Origin: Podarcis liolepis
Taxonomy: Eukaryota
Assembly (NCBI GenBank): GCA_965112155.1
Contig: OZ218105.1
DNA: 64,000 nt
Direction: 5' to 3' (one strand)
Below the pieces are notes generated by a model, which was not told where the DNA came from, made no database searches, and saw nothing but the letters and a program-made list of their open reading frames with translations. Below, piece after piece: positions 1-12,031 of this stretch. The position numbers and the translations under genes were made by a program. Positions within the stretch are counted from its first letter, which is position 1, and every line of letters starts with the position of its first letter.

Positions 1-1104
1 GTTTAGTAGAGCAACCACAGTTCCTGGAGAGCTTCCTTCACTGATTGAACTGAAGAAGGTAGTAATAGTTATCTTGGGAACATTGTCATTAACGTCAATA
101 AGGATGATCAAGACTTTAGCCCTGTCAGAGAGACCTCCATTGTCCTTTGCTTGAACTTCCATTTCATGTAATGCATCTTCTTCATAGTCCAACTTCCCTG
201 TTGTTGATATCTCCCCATTTCTAGAATTTATTTGAAAGAGTTTTGATGTTTTCTCCTTTATTTTTAGGAATGAATAAATCACCTCAGAATTTGTTTCTTC
301 ATCGGCATCTGTAGCATTTACAGTAAGCAGCAGGGAGCCTATGGAAACACTTTCCAAAACGCTCACTTTATAGAGAGGTTGGTTGAAAATGGGTGCATTA
401 TCATTTGCATCAAGAACCGTTACATAGATCTGCAGAGTGCCAGACCTCACAGGGTGCCCACCATCAGTGGCCGTTAGGATGAGTGAGTAAAATGCTTCCG
501 CTTCTCTGTCCAAAGATTTCTCTAGCACCAGTTCAGGAAATTTGTCCTTATCAGATCTGCTCTGTAGTTTCAGGGAGAAATACCTGCTGCTGCTCAGATG
601 GTAGTTCTGAAGGGAATAATCTCCAATGTCAGAATCCTGAGCTTCTTGCAAGGCAATATGAGTCCCTACAATGGCCGTTTCACTTATTTTAAGATCTAAG
701 CGTTCCTGGGTGAAAGTTGGAGCATTGTCATTTATATCTGTGATTTCAATTTCTACGGTGAACAGTTTCATTTTATCCTCAACAAGGACTTCAAGACTTA
801 AAACACACTTCTCTTCCCACCCGCATATTTCTTCTCTGTCTATCCTTTCGGAGACATATAACTGGCCATTCTTAGAATTCAAAGTAAAATATTGAAGCAT
901 ACCTTCAGAGATGATGCGAACTCTGTTGTCTGACAACTTCTTGGAACCCAGTCCCAGGTCCTCTGCTATATTCCCAATGAAAGAGCCTTTGGGGACTTCC
1001 TCAGGAACCGAGTAGTGGAGCTGCCCATAATTTGTCTGCCAGATGGCAATAAAAGCAAACCAGAAGGAGCCACTGTCTTGTCGTAGTCTCAGCGCAGCTG
1101 CCAT
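1..1104 (-). CDS. PCDHG: Protocadherin gamma-type variable exon, 5' part (signal peptide, EC1-EC3, start of EC4); runs off the left edge
   Basis: Manual translation from the ATG at 1104: MAAALRLRQDSGSFWFAFIAIWQTNYGQLHYSVPEEVPKGSFIGNIAEDLGL...IDREEICG...DINDNAP...LDRE...DANDNAP. No stop seen in the stretches translated. The N-terminus resembles the neighbouring gamma exons. Not in the ORF track because its stop is outside the window. Confidence 0.9.
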   Translation of the reverse strand, partial: MAAALRLRQDSGSFWFAFIAIWQTNYGQLHYSVPEEVPKGSFIGNIAEDLGLGSKKLSDNRVRIISEGMLQYFTLNSKNGQLYVSERIDREEICGWEEKCVLSLEVLVEDKMKLFTVEIEITDINDNAPTFTQERLDLKISETAIVGTHIALQEAQDSDIGDYSLQNYHLSSSRYFSLKLQSRSDKDKFPELVLEKSLDREAEAFYSLILTATDGGHPVRSGTLQIYVTVLDANDNAPIFNQPLYKVSVLESVSIGSLLLTVNATDADEETNSEVIYSFLKIKEKTSKLFQINSRNGEISTTGKLDYEEDALHEMEVQAKDNGGLSDRAKVLIILIDVNDNVPKITITTFFSSISEGSSPGTVVALLN

Positions 1105-1290
1105 TTCAAAGAATTACCTTTGGAGCATCTACCTATTTCTCTTTCTCGTGGCAAAGGATCTTGTAGCAAAGAACCAGAAAATCCTTTTGTTAATCTATAC
1201 TGTTTCACTGAGAGGACGTGTGCCAATTTAGCTGCCTTTCTAGCAATGTGCAAGAACTTACCCTGCATCTTTCATTTCAGTTTGCTTTCT

Positions 1291-1335
1291 CATTGGTAAA
1301 CAGCGGCGCCCAGAGTCTCAACCAAAAACTGCAAT
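1291..1335 (-). promoter_or_regulatory. Pcdh promoter conserved sequence element (CSE, CTCF-type) with CGCT box and CCAAT
   Basis: Minus strand reads attgcag...gactctgggcgcCGCTgtttaCCAATg, ~200 bp upstream of the ATG. Similar layout occurs upstream of the other two gamma exons. Confidence 0.75.
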
Positions 1336-1697
1336 GGCTAAAGTCATACAAAAGGCAAAGACAGTCTAGTTGACACGATTACGCAGTTTACTTCCTGCAT
1401 GTGTGGATAACTATCTATAAACAAAGCATAAACAAACCAACTATAGAACAAAGCATATTAAAAAGTATAAACCAGAAAAGTCTTTAATAAACCTGTAACT
1501 TCTATTCTATGAGAAATAGTTGGTTTTTAGAAAATACCTATTTCACAGAATTCTTTGTTTTCAAAATTAGTAAGTAAATGTATCCTTTGTCTTTATTTGG
1601 AGAAATAATATTACCAACACATATTCAATGTTGCATTTAATGAGATTTTCTTTGCTTTGTTTCTTTGCTTCGCTCCAGTAAAGGATCACTGTAGCTA

Positions 1698-1782
1698 ACA
1701 GTGCAATCCTACACAAACTTACCTGGGAATAAATCACATTGGAAATTTACTCGTGAATAACCATATATAGGATTGTACTGTA
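1698..1782. repeat. Short imperfect palindromic interspersed element
   Basis: Inverted ends acagtgcaatcct ... aggattgtactgt. A related copy lies at ~61340-61430. Confidence 0.5.
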
Positions 1783-2285
1783 AATTAAAGTAACATTCCA
1801 AATATCACCATTTCATTGTGTATAACTTATAACATTATTTCAGTAAAACCAGGCACCCTTCCTGATCATTTCATTCCTGGCCTATTCACTACTTTAGTTT
1901 AGACATTTTAGAAGCCCCATATATTTATATATTTTTTCATTTCTTACCACAAATAACTTCTAGAAATTAGAAATATATCTGATTTTATTGCCATCTTGTC
2001 CTTAAAACCTCTACCCAGTTTGACTAAAGGACTTGAAATTAAAAGATAATAAGCATTTTGCTTCCATATCTAGAATGAGCATACCAGGAGGACAACAATT
2101 TTGGCAACAATTTCACTAAGTAAAAGAGTTTATATGCAACATGGTTAACTACTTAACTGACAGCCTCCCTTACGGTCTGCAACTGTAGGAGCTGGAAAAG
2201 AATTTTCTGCTACCCAGCTTGGTTGGACAACCTTACCTTGACTCTGGTCATAGGAGCCAACTCCTACAGGCCTTTGGCCCCAACA

Positions 2286-2286
<1 letters not shown>

Positions 2287-2331
<45 letters not shown>

Positions 2332-2332
2332 T
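2287..2332. repeat. (TAA)n microsatellite, probably the tail of a minus-strand L2-type 3' end
   Basis: Direct reading. It is followed by atttataccccgc, which continues after the LTR at 3272 as cccgcccatatggctgggtttctccagccactctggg. Confidence 0.85.
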
Positions 2333-2343
2333 TTATACCCCGC

Positions 2344-3271
2344 TGTGGCAATCACACAGGGTCCCCGGACGTTTGACGGTCTATTGATCCAAGTGCCACC
2401 ACTGTGCTCACTTCCCCGCTTCCACCAACCCGTTACTCTCAGGTACACACTGAGTCCAGACAGTTGTTAAAATTAAATCAAATAAACAAGTTTATTTTGT
2501 AAGCATTAACAAGTATGGTTTCTTAGTTAATTTTCTTGTCAGTTTCTTATCCTTAGTTTCTTTACCGGCCTATACCTTCCTAATAACGTCTGACTGATTA
2601 TCTCAACTTAACAGTTTCTCTCACTCTCTCACATCAGACTAGCCCAACCCACAGACTTATCCTCCCTCTCTCTTCTCTGACTCCAGACTGACTTCTTAAC
2701 AACTCTAACTCTAACTCCTCCCCTTAGGTTCCTATAAGTTAGTCTTTTTTAAAAATATATATATTTTATTCAGGATTTTCTTGTTTTACAGAAGTGTAGT
2801 GCCTCGTATTTTTTTTTTACATGTAGCATTTTTACAAATCCATTTCATTTGTTGAGGCATTAGGGGGAGAGGAAAAGAAAAAAGAAAAAAGAAGGGGGGT
2901 GGAGAGAGGGAAGATGGATAGGGGTGGGGTCGGGTGGCAGTGTTTCTACTATGTTTAATGTATGTAGAGTATGTAGAGTCAGCGTTGCTTGTGGTGTTCA
3001 CTTGTGTTCCTTTGGTGGTGAGAGGTTGGGGTTGGCCTAGGGTGTGATTGTTTGCTTGTGATTGGCTGTGGTGATCTTTGTTTTTGTGTGTGAGTGGGGT
3101 GGGTGGGTGTTTTGGATCAGGTTAGCCATATTGATTTGTATGCTGTTGGTGGGTTATTGTCACTGTCCTGTTGGGCTGTGTATGTGATAAAGGTTAGTCA
3201 TTTTACAATTAGCTAACCCTTTCCTTATGAACCCAGTATGATGTCACACACCTAGGAGGGCAAATGCCACA
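2344..3271. mobile_element. Solo LTR carrying a nested LINE 3' fragment
   Basis: Termini TGTGGCA...TGCCACA. 5-bp target site duplication (TSD) CCCGC at 2339-2343 and 3272-3276. Confidence 0.75.
2745..3191 (-). mobile_element. Non-LTR retroelement 3' UTR fragment (L1-like) inside the solo LTR
   Basis: Minus-strand AATAAA and poly(A) tail (plus strand tttttttaaaaatatat...tttatt). Flanking direct repeat gttagtc. Confidence 0.55.
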
Positions 3272-3713
3272 CCCGCCCATATGGCTGGGTTTCTCCAGCC
3301 ACTCTGGGGGAAATGCTGGAGGGGGCTGGACCCCTACAAAATTGATGGGCATTCCCATTCAAATATGGGTGTTCTGCATCATGTGATCAATTATGCGGGG
3401 CAGGGCCTACACGAACCTTCACAGTATTTTATTCAAGTTGGCACACCTGATCAACTGAATAAGTTTGCTGTTTCTTGCCTATGCACATTCAAGGTGTGCT
3501 GGGAAGATTCTGCCAGGGCCATCTGCCTGTAAGGGGTTTGTTTGTTTTTGAGGGTGTGTGTGTGAATAAGCCCAAGCATTGTCCAAGAGTGCCACTCATC
3601 TGAGGTCCCCACAAGTCACTGGAAGGCTGGGTTAGATAAGCAATTCTTAATGCTTTGGGTGTTTTTGATTTCCACCTTCACTGAATCTGCTGGTCATATC
3701 TAATTATCTAGAC

Positions 3714-3899
3714 CAGGGATAGTCAACCTGGTCCCTACCGCCCACTAGTGGGCGTTTCAGGATTCTAGGTGGGCCATAGGGTGTTCTACGACACAAGCTG
3801 AATCCTCCTTCCATCGAGTACTGTTGGGAGGTAAGGAAAATTTACCATCAAGAAAGATACATTAGTGGGTGGTAGGTATAAAAAGGTTGACTATCCCTG
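3714..3899. mobile_element. hAT (Charlie-type) MITE
   Basis: Perfect 16-bp terminal inverted repeats (TIRs) CAGGGATAGTCAACCT / AGGTTGACTATCCCTG, flanked by NTCTAGAN target sites. Confidence 0.85.
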
Positions 3900-4316
3900 G
3901 TCTAGATGCTTAAGAAAATGACTTGTTTAATTTGGAACAAATACACACTCAATAGTGCAGAGTTGACAAAAATAACTCCCTTTAAGGCTGATCAGGGAAC
4001 GAGAGTCAAAAGATTCCCACTTCACCTGCAAACAGCTAACATTGTACTGCCTGAGATACTGTGGGTTTCTCCAGGGTTTCTTCGGAGAGGAGACTTTCCA
4101 AGCTTTTCTGGAGATTATATGGATTGTACCTGAGATCTTTTGCACACAAAGCATATGCTGGGCTACAGTCTTTTAGTTTATTTCAGTTTAAATCCAAATA
4201 CCTTGGTTTTATTAAGTTATGCATCAGAAACAATTATCTGATTATGTCATTTCCTTCTTACTAGCTGCTTATAGTTAAACTCATGTTTACCTTCTTAGTT
4301 TAACTCCTTACAGTTA

Positions 4317-4597
4317 AAATAAAAAAATTCCTTCCTGTAGCACCTTAAAGACCAACTAAGTTAGTTCTTGGTATAAGCTTTCGTGTGCATGCACACTTCT
4401 TCACGGCTACCTATCTGTAACTGGAACCATGGAACTGGAACCATGGAAGGCACCACATTGAGCCGCATGAAATGGAAGTCCATCAACCTCACGCATGCAC
4501 ACGAAAGCTTATACCAAGAACTAACTTAGTTGGTCTTTAAGGTGCTACAGGAAGGAATTTTTTTATTTTGACTATGGCAGGCCAACACGGCTACCTA
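4317..4597 (+). mobile_element. Penelope-like element remnant with inverted pseudo-LTR arms
   Basis: ~77-bp inverted arms (4316-4392 / 4493-4569) containing gcatgcacacgaaagcttataccaagaactaacttagttggtctttaaggtgctac. 3' end caacacggctacctatc. 17-bp direct repeat tccttacagttaaaata at 4305 and 4598. Confidence 0.8.
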
Positions 4598-5149
4598 TCC
4601 TTACAGTTAAAATATTGCTTTGTTGTGTAACAGAAATAATTTTTACGCTTACTAACCATATGGTTGTGAGCATTTAAAGCACTGCCATTAAAATATGGTT
4701 CTACGCCTCATTCTGACATTCAAAGAAGTAGAAATGCTGGTGTACCTCCATCAACATTTATTAGATAATGCTGATTCATCCATCATTTTTTCAAATTAAA
4801 AGATCACAGGAGTCATGAATGAAATGTCTAGCACACAGGGTGTAGGAGCAGATGTTACTGCACACAGGCTAGAGCCTGTTTTACATGTTCAGTCATGGTA
4901 ATGATTGTGGTGAACAGAGATTCCTTCACATCCACCAGAGTTGTATCTGAGAAATGCCATCCAGAGGAGCTGCTAAGTAGCAATGGAGCTTATTCATCTG
5001 CAGTTTACAAGAATCCTCAATGATCCAGTGTGACTTATTCCCAAAGCATTTCATAGAAAAATGACTTGAGTGATGGATTGATTATAGGACTGGAAGTTCC
5101 TGTGGTCCCATCCAGACTCTTTTGCTGGAATGAATTTTCACTATTGCAA

Positions 5150-5340
5150 CTTAATGTTATTTGCAGCTTGATATTATCGGAGAGGTGTTCCCCCTCTATG
5201 TTCAACTCTTGTTGCCCACCACAGCGTCAACCCAGAAGGGGTAGTAAATTGGGTTCAGGTGGCAATAAGTACTTCCTTAAAGAAGAGAAGATCCCAGCAG
5301 CCTTGAAGGAGGCACCTCTGAGACTACTCCTCAAAAATAT
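5150..5340 (+). mobile_element. Degenerate L2 LINE ORF2 fragment
   Basis: Translates ...LKEEKIPAALKEAPLRLLLK, similar to the L2 pre-RT motif (PxxLKEAVVRPLLKK). Confidence 0.5.
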
Positions 5341-7061
5341 ATGGATGATTCCCCACCACCACCACACCGCAATTGGCCAGTTGCTATTCCCCCTTTCTTG
5401 GGCAAGTGGCTTTACTAGACAGTGGCTTCTCAACCTCAGACATGCCTGGATGAAATGGATTATTTGGATCTATTTCAGTCTGAATTCTGTCATGGTTTGG
5501 GGGCACTTTGGTCACCCCCACAGAAAACGTGCTAGGAGAGGAACACATGGAGTGCAATCTTGTTGATTCTTCTGGATCTCTCAAAGTTTATCAATTTGAT
5601 GTTTTGATATATCAATTATAATATACTTCTGAATCGTCTTCTGGTTTGGGGGCATTGTGTCCCCTTGGTTCTCTTCTTGCCTGTCATGTTAGTCCCAAAC
5701 AGTTATACTGTAGTACTCCTGTTTCACTCCACAACATTTATCCTATTGAGTAACATGTACCCAGCTGTAGGAGGAAATTATCTAGAGATGATAATGAGGC
5801 ATCATCACTATGCTTATGGCACCCAGCTCTATTTCTCCTCTTTGTCTAGTGTAGATGACACAATGAATGTTCTTAAAAGGTGCTTGGGATAGTAATGTGT
5901 TGGATATGGGCTAATAAACCAAAGCTCAGTCCAGACAAGATAGATGTTCTGTAGGAAGGCAATGAAGTTGATTAGTGATTCAGTGTTCATCCTGTTTTGT
6001 ATAAAGTTGCTTTCCCCCCAAAATGTCAACTTTTCATTCTCTCTGCATTAGGATGGGAAAACAACTGGTGGGAGTGGGGTAAGAGTGAGAATACTATCAC
6101 CATTTCATTCATGTGTAGAAAAAAACTAGAATATAGAATATAAATAAAGGAAAACTTCCATGCCTCTGACATTATGAACAACACTACTGATTTTGCTGTT
6201 ACAAAATGATAGTAATAGAGCTCCATAACATGGAAATAACACCTTGATACCAATAAAACTTAACAATGGTAAAATAGAATAAAATTCACTAAATAAATTG
6301 ATGCAAGATGTCTGCCAGTGGAACCCCATGTGCAGCTGCAATGTAGATGAGGTGCAATTTTTGCTATAAAGCAAGGGTTATATTGCCATCCCACAAATGC
6401 TGACCCACTGCCAGTGCCTACCCATCTACAATCTGTAGCATACTGCAACAAAAAAGTAATTTTAATATTTATTCCTGCCCTGCTACTAGGGGTGCTCCCC
6501 GTGGTTGGACTGCTCATCTGTCAGATGATCATTATGATAGGGAGAAATAGGGCAATGAAGTGCCTGGGCATGCCAGTTTAGTCCAACATGGAGTTAAAGA
6601 TTTAAAAAGCTTGGCACTTTTAAAACTCTTGATTAAGATACAGTGGAAATAGTCTTCTTTTACTTTCCCAAAAAAGCATGTGATAGAGTAGAATGTGAGT
6701 TATCATCTACAATCATGAAAAAATGAACTTTAGTGTTGCAGATACACAAAAGCTCAGCTGCATTTTAAGAGGGTCTTATTAGAGAGCCCAGAGATTTTTT
6801 TTAATAGCCAAAGCACATACCAAATTGAGAATTTCACCAACCATTTTGCTGACCACATATGAAGTTGTTGTTTTATTCTTGAGCCCCTACTCCTGTGCTT
6901 CCCATATTCAGTCTATCACTTTCTCCTACAACGGGTTCAGCTATCTATCCCCTTACCTAAAATTCTCTAGGCATCTCCCACCTTGACTACTGCTATGTTT
7001 TACTCTCTGGCTTGGACTTTGAAGCAGATGAAGACCTCCCTGTTTCTTCTTATTTAAATAC

Positions 7062-7536
7062 TGTTATGCCCCCCTTCTAATTCATGAATCCAGCATGGAT
7101 TCAATTCCTGGAATAGTTAGGCTAACTTCCTGATGTGATAATGGCCCTCTAAGTATGGACCTTTAAGGTAACAAAGGAAGTGTCTCTGTGCTGCATGACA
7201 AAAGGTAGACTTCCCTCCCTCAACAAACCTGTAGTTAGAAAGATAAAGGCCAGAATTGAGAGTTTAGTTACATGAGCTGGAAGGTAGAAGAGAGTCTGCA
7301 GGCTGGGAAGCTGGGATACAGAGTTACGCCTGATTTCTGGTTGAATCCAAGGTTTGGCTATGGTGGAAGCAAAACCCCTCCATCATAGGCTCAGGTTGTA
7401 TATATGTGTAAATAAACCATATATCATAAAGATACCACAGTCTCCACTGTCCCTCATTCCAAAAGGAAACACGAACACTGGGTAAGCACCTAGAATTCAT
7501 GGAATCTCACATTGCTTGGAGATTGGGGTGGCAACA
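7062..7536 (+). mobile_element. Solo LTR
   Basis: Termini TGTT...AACA. 4-bp TSD ATAC at 7058-7061 and 7537-7540. Internal AATAAA at ~7411. Confidence 0.65.
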
Positions 7537-7857
7537 ATACATATGAAGATCCACTTTTATTTAACCCAAACATTAAACAAAGGAGAGGTTTCTTAAGAAG
7601 TGAGTTAAACTTAGATTAAATGAGAAACAGCAAATTACAGTGTGAATTAAGTCAAAAAAGGCAAAATTATCTTCAAGATGATCAAGATTTTTAAATGTTT
7701 CAGTTCTTACGGTGATTCTTACAGAAACACTTGTTCAGTTGCAGTGAAGTTATTCTTGAACATCAAATTAAAGGTAAAAATAATTCAACTAGATAAATAC
7801 TATATTGACATAAGGTCTTATAAAACCTTTTCAAAGTTTAGTGAAAGCAAAACATAC

Positions 7858-10275
7858 CTGTTCGCAGCTCTGCCCTTCCTTATTGATATTTGAATCATTT
7901 GCAGTAAACTGAAGTCCAGAGATTTGAGAAGCCTGATGTCCTGCCAGTGTGTTTGTACAGCTTTCAATGGGGAAAAAAATCTGACTTTTCCGAGAGCCCG
8001 AAGTCAGTGAAAACTCATGGCAATAAGTCTGAAGAAATGCCCTGACTCCATCAATGCCGACAAACTGTGAAACAGGAACCCCATTTAAATTTACACTTCC
8101 AGTGTCACACAACTGAGAATGTCTCCACTTGCGAAGCCTTAGTACCAATAATACAAGGAGGAAAGTGAAGAACAAGCAGGAGACAAAAGCCACTGCAGTC
8201 ACCAGGTAGAAAGTGAGGTCAGACTCAAGACTGATAGGAGCTGAGATGGTGCCCAGATCGGTCAGCATGTCAGGGATGTTGTCAGCCAAGACCACAGTGA
8301 TAGTGACTGAAGCCGACATTGGAGGTTGCCCATTGTCCTTGACTAAAACCACCAGGCTTTGCTTGAGGGCATCTTTCTCCAGAAAGAATCGGGCTGTCCT
8401 GATCTCTCCCGTGTGGAGCCCCAGAGTGAAGAGCCCTGGCTCGGTGGCCTTGATCAGCTGGTAGGAGAGCCAGGCATTCTGGCCAGAGTCCGCATCCACG
8501 GCCACCACCTTAGTGACCAGGTAGCCTGGCTCAGAGGAGCGAGGGGCCAGTTCTATCCCTGTGGAGCCATCAGTGGGAGGGGAGGGGTACAGGATTTGGG
8601 GAGCATTGTCATTCTGGTCCAAAATGAAGAGAGTCACTGAGACGTTGGAGCTGAGTGGTGGAGAACCTCCATCCTGGGCCTTGACAAGGAACTTAATCTC
8701 TTTGATCTCTTCATAATCAAAGGACCGTAGGGCATAGATTACTCCAGTCTCAGAGTTTATAGAAAGGCAGGAAGAGAAGTAGGAGTAACTCATCTCACCT
8801 TCAGTGATTGAATAAGTAATTTTGCCATTCATCTCCCAGTCAGGATCAGTTGCTTTTAGTGTTAAAACAGAGGCTCCAGCTGAAGTATTTTCTTTAATTG
8901 AAGTAACATAGGACCTCTTTTCAAAGGTGGGTGGATTATCATTTTTATCTAATATTTTCAGCTGAATAGTGGTGGTTGTGGAGAGAGGAGGATTTCCTTT
9001 ATCTGTTGCAATAACTGTAAGATTGTAATTAGATACATCTTCTCGGTCCAGGGTTCTGCCAGTCACTAAACTGTAATAATTATCAAACGTTTTCTCTAAA
9101 TGAAATGGCGGGTTGCCAAAGATGGAGCATGTAACCAGCCCATTGTCTTCTGAATCCCTGTCTATTACTTTTAACAGTGCAATTACAGTTCCTTCTGGGC
9201 AGTCTTCACTCACAGCATTAGTAAGAGATGTGACTGCAATTTCTGGTGCATTATCATTTACATCAGTAATAGCCAACAAAATATTCGCTCGACCTGATAA
9301 CCCTCTTCCGTCACGGGCTTGAACCTCCATTTCATACAAAGCACATTCTTCAAAATCTATCTCCTGCCTCACCCTTACTTCTCCAGTTCTCGGATCCAAA
9401 TGGAAACTGTTTGAAGCCTTTTCTGATACCTGCCTGAATGCATATGTTATCTCTGAATTAATGCCTTCATCCAGATCAGTAGCATTGACTGTTACAAGCA
9501 GGGAATTGACAGGAATGTTTTCTGCAGTGGTCACTTTATAAACAGATTCTGAAAAAACTGGTGCATTGTCATTTGCATCTTCAACGGAAACTTTGATGTG
9601 TGCAGTTCCGGATTTGACAGGATTTCCCCCATCACTGGCTGTAAGGATTAAGTCATGGAAAGCTTCTGCTTCTCGATCCATAGACTTTTCCAGTACTAAC
9701 TCAGCATATTTGGCTCCACTTGCTGTCATTTGCACATCAAGGAAGAAGTGTCTGTTAGGGCTGATTTGATAGCTCTGTAAAGAGTTCACTCCTAAGTCTG
9801 GGTCCTGTGCATCTGGAAGAAGAAATCGAGATCCCACAGCTGTATTTTCTCGGATATTTAGCTGCAATGTCTCCACTTGGAACGCTGGTGCATTGTCATT
9901 GATATCTTCGATTTCAATTTCTACTGTATAGACTTTTAGCTGCTCCTGAATAAGAATCTCCAGCTTCAAAATACAAGTTAACAGACGTCCACATATTTCT
10001 TCTCTATCTAGTCTTTCATTAATATATAAATGACCATTTTGGAAATTGAGGGCAAAGTATTGTGTCCTACCTTCTGTAATAATCCGGACACCGCCAGGCA
10101 AGAGTTGCTTCATATCCAATCCCAGATCCTGTGAGATATCCCCAACAAAAGAACCTTCCTGCAGTTCCTCAGGAACTGAATAATGGATCTGTCCAGTAAC
10201 TGCCTGAAAAACAGCTAGCAGCACAAGGCAGGATGACTGTCTCCTTCTATCCAAGAATATTTGTATAGAAGCCAT
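7858..10275 (-). CDS. PCDHG: Protocadherin gamma-A-type variable exon (signal, EC1-6, TM, variable cytoplasmic domain); splice donor at 7858
   Basis: 814-aa ORF with six cadherin repeats. Gamma-A signatures [20 protein letters not shown] and [14 protein letters not shown]. Phase-0 donor CAG|GTATGT. The unspliced frame stops at 7831. Confidence 0.95.
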
Positions 10276-10484
10276 TTCAGCCTCTGCCAGGTCCTATCAG
10301 TCCATAGATAACAGGCACCAGTGTTTAAACTAGGCTCTCTTAATAGACTAATGTGCCTATTTAAGTCTTCCTTTTATTTTCCATCAAACAAGATCCTCCT
10401 TTTTCTTTTAGGTCAGAGATTATAATAAACCTTTTGTGTTTTTGCTTCTCGGTGGTCTAGCTGGTTCAATCCAGTTTCTCTCCT

Positions 10485-10530
10485 TATTGGTGAACAGTGA
10501 CACCCAATGGATCAGTTGGTAAATGCAGTG
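10485..10530 (-). promoter_or_regulatory. Pcdh-gamma promoter CSE (CACT variant of the CGCT box) with CCAAT
   Basis: Minus strand ctgcatttaccaactgatCCATTGGGTGTCACTGttcaCCAATaa, ~220 bp upstream of the ATG. Confidence 0.7.
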
Positions 10531-10959
10531 TTTTAAAAAGCTTTGCAAAATAACATTTCATTCCTTTTTATTTAATAATAGGTATAAAAACAAACTTCCA
10601 TTAACATACTGCATCCCGTCTAGAAAGCTCAATGGAGATTGGATAAGCACCACAATGGATGAGTAACACAGTGTACCTCCTCATCAACAGGATTGTGTCA
10701 AAAGTAATCAGTGACTATTGATCTAATGACAATTTCCACCTTATATATATTTTTAATCAACCTAATTCAGAGTACAGTCACATGGGTTTTTTTGAAGTGT
10801 CTTCTTCCAGTGTGGGAGTAGGGTTGCTGGGATGAGGGAGAGAAGGGGGAGGAGCCGTATGTGTCTGTTTGGAGATGTGGGCTCAGATTTTACGCTACAT
10901 AGCCTTGCCTACGCCTTCACTCAGATGTAACCTGCTGGTGAATATTTAGTGTGTGGGGT

Positions 10960-11070
10960 GGACAGATCCTGAAGCTGAGGCTACAATACTTTGGCAACCT
11001 CATGAGAAGAGAAGACCCTGATGTTGGGAAAGATGGAGAAGGGGACAACAGAGGACGAGATGGTTGGACA
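10960..11070 (+). mobile_element. RTE/BovB LINE 3' ORF fragment
   Basis: Translates GQILKLRLQYFGNLMRRED...TLMLGKME...RGRDGW, matching the BovB C-terminal motif with internal deletions. Confidence 0.75.
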
Positions 11071-11074
11071 ACTT

Positions 11075-11520
11075 TGTGGGGTCAGTTTCAGCTTCTGCAG
11101 CCTGAAGACATGGACAGGGTGCTTGCAGGGATACCCTCTCAATCCCTGCCCATCTTGGCTGTTGAAACTGAGCCTGGGGCTTGACTGGATGGGTCCAAGC
11201 GGCGTAGGTCTTTATTTTTATTTTTGCATGAAGGAGTGGCACTTGCTGACTTAAAGAAGTTGGTGTGGGCACTACTGAAAAAGCCAGCCCTGGACAAATT
11301 GGCTTACAGCAACTATTACCAAGTCACAAGTAGTTTCATTCTGGGGAAGGTGATTGAAAGAGTTGTGGTGGAACAACTGCAACATGAGAATGATTTTCTG
11401 GATCCATTCCTGTCTGGTTGATGCCTGGGTTCAGGACTGAATAAGCCTTGGTCTCTCTGATGGATGATAATCCTTGATTCTTTTGCTTGATATCTCAGCA
11501 GCTTTCAGTACCATTGATAA
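11075..11520 (+). mobile_element. Degenerate L2 LINE reverse transcriptase fragment
   Basis: Translates LLKKPALD...ILGKVIERVVVEQLQ...FLDPFLSG...LLDISAAFSTID, which are L2 RT motifs. Confidence 0.75.
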
Positions 11521-11784
11521 AGTGCACCAGTGAAGACATCTTGGACCCTGCCCCCTCTCTGGTGTATGCAGCAATGTGAAAATGTGACTTGAAATGTAGC
11601 TAGGAAAATCTACCTCGCTGTGTTTTAAGCTGCTAGTGTTTACATAGCCTTAGTTTACACCAACAGAAAGACATGGCAGCCAAGGATGGTATAAAATTCA
11701 CTAGCTCCCAGGGGATTAGAAATCTGCCCTTTCCTCCCTCAGTGTCCTTTCTACCCAAGCACAGGCATCTCATCTTAAGAATCA

Positions 11785-12031
11785 TAGCCAGTGTGGTGTA
11801 GTGGTTAAGAGCGGTGGACTCGTAATCTGGTGAACCGGGTTCGCTTTCCCACTCCTCCACATGCATCTACTGGGTGACCTTGGGCCAGTCACACTTCTTT
11901 GAAGTCTCTCAGCCTCACTCACCTCACAGAGTATTTGTTGTGGGGGAGGAAGGGAAAGGAGAATGTTAGCCGCTTTGAGACTCCTTAGGGTAGTGATAAA
12001 GCGGGATATCAAATCCAAACTCTTCTTCTTC
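11785..12031 (+). mobile_element. tRNA-derived SINE with L2-type tail (Squam3-like)
   Basis: A box gtggtgtagtggtt, B box gggttcgctttccc, CORE-like gggtgaccttgggccagtcac, and (TTC)n tail. Confidence 0.8.

Noticed and set aside
11785-11860. tRNA gene
   Set aside because: The A and B boxes are the head of a SINE that continues into CORE and LINE-tail sequence.
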